A DNA stretch of 64,000 nucleotides from Squalus acanthias. Taxonomy: Eukaryota. The DNA lies in contig JASTWF010000036.1 of assembly GCA_030390025.1 (NCBI GenBank), forward strand, positions 3,412,001 to 3,476,000, in the 5' to 3' direction. A program made the position numbers and the translations under genes. Positions 60,740 through 64,000 of this stretch are shown one piece after another. The first letter of the stretch is position 1, and each line of letters opens with the position of its first letter. The notes beneath the pieces are model-generated. The model was not told the DNA's origin. It saw nothing but the letters and a program-made list of their open reading frames with translations, and did not search any database.

Positions 60740-61060
60740 TCCCTCCCGAGATCTCTGTGCTCCTCCAATTCTGGCCTCTTGCTCATCCCTGATTTTCATC
60801 GCTCCACCATTGACAGCCGTGCCTTCTGTTGCCTGGGCCCTAAGCTCTGGCATTCCCTCCCTAAACCTCTCCAGCTCTCTACCTCTCTCCTCCTTTAAGA
60901 CGCTCCTTAAAACCTACCTCTTTGACCAAGCTTTTAGTCACCTGTCCTAATATCTCCTTATGTGGCTCGGTGTCAAATTTTTGTCTGATAATCGCTCCTG
61001 TGAAGCGCCTTGGGATGTTTTACTATGTTGAAGGTGCTATGCGAATGCATGTTGTTGTTT
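60740..61060 (+). mobile_element. L2 3' fragment
   Basis: L2 3' UTR match, ends (GTT)n. Confidence 0.85.
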
Positions 61061-61699
61061 ACACGGTGGGTGGATTCTACAGCACCGGCGGCAACACACA
61101 AACAGCAGTGCAAGGCTTTTATTTTCAGAATTTGGACCTTCACCTCAATACCTGTACAGCCCAACAAAGTGAAAACCGCAATGCTCAGCCTGTATAGACA
61201 GGTCGTGTGCTTAGCCAGGCAAGATGATGTCTTGTGCCAGCAGCGGCAGCTGTTTGCAGCTGCTGCCAGAGGTGCTCGTGCTTCTGGAGGAGCAGACACA
61301 TACCACCTCTTGAGGAGGCTCTTTGCTTCTCACGCAGCAGAAGTGCCCCCCCTTTTATATTTACAGCGTTCGCTCCAATGTTGGCAGTGGCGGTGACTCT
61401 GTAAAGGGGGGTTGAGTTTGCCCATCTTGGAACACCAAAATCAGGTGGAGCTTATTTACAGTCAGGGTTTCTGCTGTTAAATATTGATGGCAATATATAT
61501 TTAAACCCAGTGCCAGACCCAGATAGCACCATTGAAAGCACCTTATGTAAAGGAATGTCCTGATTGGGTGCACTTGGTTATAACGCAAGGGGAATGGGAA
61601 CAGTGACCTGTTTGGGTGAGAATTCAATTTGGTTTGGGGTGGGGTCCCTTTATCTGGAGCAGATTTTTTTTGGAACTGTTTGGGTGGCACTGGAAAGGT

Positions 61700-61960
61700 T
61701 GCTTTTATTGCCCTTCCCTAGTTGCCCTGAGAAAGTGGTGGTGAGCCTTCTCCTTGAACCGCTGCAATCCTTTTATGATGGTGTTAGGTAAGGAATTCCA
61801 GGATACTGGCCCAGCGATGATGAAGGAAAAGCGAAATATGTCCAAGCCAGGCCGCTGTGTGACTTAGAGGAGAACATGGAGGAGATGGTGTTCCCACAAC
61901 ATTGCTGCCCTTGTTTGTCTTGATGGTAGATTACACAGGGGAGGGAAGTGCTGTTGAAGA
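61700..61960 (-). mobile_element. Old 3' fragment of the Crack-like LINE
   Basis: Reverse complement resembles 27580-27845. Confidence 0.65.
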
Positions 61961-62189
61961 ATGCAATGATTGCATGAGCACGTACATTTAAAAAGAGCAG
62001 TGCAAGTACGCTGTACTTTATTTAAGCAAAATCATAGATTCAGAATGTTCAGTGAGATAAATACTTCATTACAATTGTGATAAAATTGTTCGTAAGAGCG
62101 TATTTTGCCATTTACTTGGCTGCATAAGTAACCAGCCATTTATCACCTCTGCAAACATGCTGATTGATATGTTGCTGTCTCCCTTTCAG

Positions 62190-62322
62190 AGTGGCACAGG
62201 CTTATGTGAATCAGCGGAAACTGGATAATGAAGTAAAAACTCTGCAGATCCAGGCCGCCCAGTTTGCCAAACAGACACAGCAGTGGCTTGGTATGGTGGA
62301 CAACTTCAACCAGGCGCTAAAG
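62190..62322 (+). CDS. BLOC1S1: Internal coding exon of BLOC-1 subunit 1 (GCN5L1/BLOS1); likely equivalent to mammalian exon 3
   Basis: Polypyrimidine tract and acceptor ccctttcag|A, donor AAG|gtaaat, 133 bp. Translates to (G)VAQAYVNQRKLDNEVKTLQIQAAQFAKQTQQWLGMVDNFNQALK, nearly identical to the human segment as I recall it (VAQAYMNQRKLDHEVKTLQVQAAQFAKQTGQWIGMVENFNQALK). Confidence 0.96.
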
Positions 62323-62734
62323 GTAAATTGTAACAGTGGAAGGCCCTGATGTACAGCGAAATATCCCAAAACTTGTTAATCACCTTGATTGTGTTTTTAA
62401 ACGTACTTTTAAAACTAACATCTTGCAGAATGCTTTTTGTCTTTGTCACATTAGTTACATGTGATGATTTGGGACAAAAAATGATGCTGTTCCTCTCAGC
62501 TCAATTTTTCTACCCCTTCTCTTTCCACCCCCCCCCCCCCCCCAAAAAAAAAGGACAGTGATCCTTTTATAAGCTGATTTTCAATCAAATTCAATTCAAA
62601 ATAGCTAGGGCGATTTTTATTTTTTCCAAATGGGAAAAATTTAAATTTAATCCCGTCAGAGTTCAATCCAGAGAGTTGGCCTTTTGAACAGAATCTTAAA
62701 TGAAACTTGTACAGTTGGAGCAGCAGGGGCTGTG

Positions 62735-63186
62735 AAAGAAAGAACTTGTATTTATATTGGGCCTTATCATGTTCTTAGAATGTCCCAAAGCACTTCACAG
62801 CCAGTGAATTTCTTCTGCAATGCTGTCACTGTTGTTATTTAGGTAAAGGTGGCAGCCAATTTGCACACAGCAAGATCCCATCAACAGCAATGAAACGCAT
62901 GACCAGTTAATCTGTTTTGGTGGTGTTGGTTGAGGGATAAATGTTGGCCAGGACACCAGGAGTACTCCCTATTCTTCCTCGAGTAGCACCGTGGGAACTC
63001 CTCTCCACCTGCGCAAGTAGCTGGGACCTTGGCTTAATGCCTTATCCAAAAGGTGGCACCTCTGACAGTGCAGCACTCCCTCAGTACTGTACTGGAGCAC
63101 GTAATCTAGGCTGACACTCAAGTCCTGGAGGGGGGCTTGAACCCACAACCTGCTGACTTGTGTGAGAGTGCTACCCGCTGAGCTAT
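62735..63186 (-). mobile_element. Near full-length DeuSINE
   Basis: Reverse complement of 34368-34836. Confidence 0.85.
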
Positions 63187-64000
63187 GATCCACAACCAAG
63201 TGTTTCTACTACCTCTGTGCCCAGTGCTACCCAAGCATGTACAAGATTGCTAGCGCACCGGATGGAAACTTTGGTGTATGCTATCAATGTGTGACCCTGT
63301 AAACACTATGTGAACACAGTGTACCATGACTGAACCTGATGTGCAAAATGTGCTTTTTGTAATTTTCATTTTCCTTGTTGGGGAGGGAGTCGGCTTAATT
63401 TACACATTTGGCTTCTAATTGTGGGAACAGGGAATTAAGTGTATCTGATTTCTGGCATATTGCCAAACCTGCTTTGACTATAGTCACTCAGGAAATGTTA
63501 AACCTTGAAATAATGAGCTACTATATCTTTCCAACAGCTGTCAGAGAGACTCTTGCTGCCTTCAGTCTGGAACAACATAATCATTTAATTACCCCAGGTT
63601 AATGACTATCTCCACTGATGTCCCATGTCAGGGAGTTGAATTTCCATCAGTAGAGATATACGGTAGTCAGCAACTTGGAATGCTTTGTCTGTGGTGGACT
63701 GAATATTCTACTGGGTGGCATATTCACTGCTCTTTTAGTACCTTGCCCCTCAGTGATGGTTGTAACATCTGCCAGGTAAATCTATTTTTTTGATACTACC
63801 CACACTGCTGGTAATGGGTAGAATGCTTCCCTTCCCCACTTCAGGTAGACTTTTTGTGAAATGCCACTATCAAAGCACAGTCTAATGTTTAAAATGAAAA
63901 GGCTCCTCTTGCTGGCACGTGGCATTTGGTTGGGGAGGAGGAAGGTATTTTAATTTTAATATTGTATACAAGTCCATCTGATGATGCATTTCAACAAGAT

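Noticed and set aside
62164..62349. Stand-alone 61-aa ORF or processed pseudogene
   Set aside because: Homology is confined to the segment between canonical AG and GT sites, so it is a spliced internal exon.
1..64000. CRISPR array, prokaryotic operon or RT-based defence system
   Set aside because: No regularly spaced repeat-spacer array; all RT motifs belong to eukaryotic non-LTR retrotransposons.

Overview
Eukaryotic, repeat-dense vertebrate DNA. The repeat repertoire (HE1-type V-SINE, SacSINE1-type DeuSINE, CR1/HER1, L2, RTE, Neptune-type Penelope elements) points to a cartilaginous fish, probably a shark (inference). The only host coding sequence I can support is one 133-bp internal exon of BLOC1S1 (GCN5L1/BLOS1) on the + strand at 62190-62322, with canonical splice sites. 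I found no other BLOC1S1 exon, so most of the window is probably one very large transposon-filled intron. It contains a 500-N assembly gap at 5750-6249. Nearly all other ORFs in the track are LINE/Penelope fragments or noise. The most notable structures are: (1) Penelope-derived minimal hammerhead-ribozyme motifs on the gene's sense strand (43204-43240, 59214-59250); (2) a TSD-flanked palindrome with 96-bp arms (28136-28329); (3) a 5'-inverted RTE with a 9-bp TSD; (4) a nearly intact CR1 ORF2; (5) a set of GC-rich GGG-TIR MITEs, one carrying five hairpins, one nested in another, and two inserted at apparently the same site of an old SINE; (6) two pogo/Tigger-like MITEs with shared ends but different interiors. 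I see no convincing evidence of a wholly new protein-coding system. Boundaries of degenerate repeats are approximate and were read by eye.
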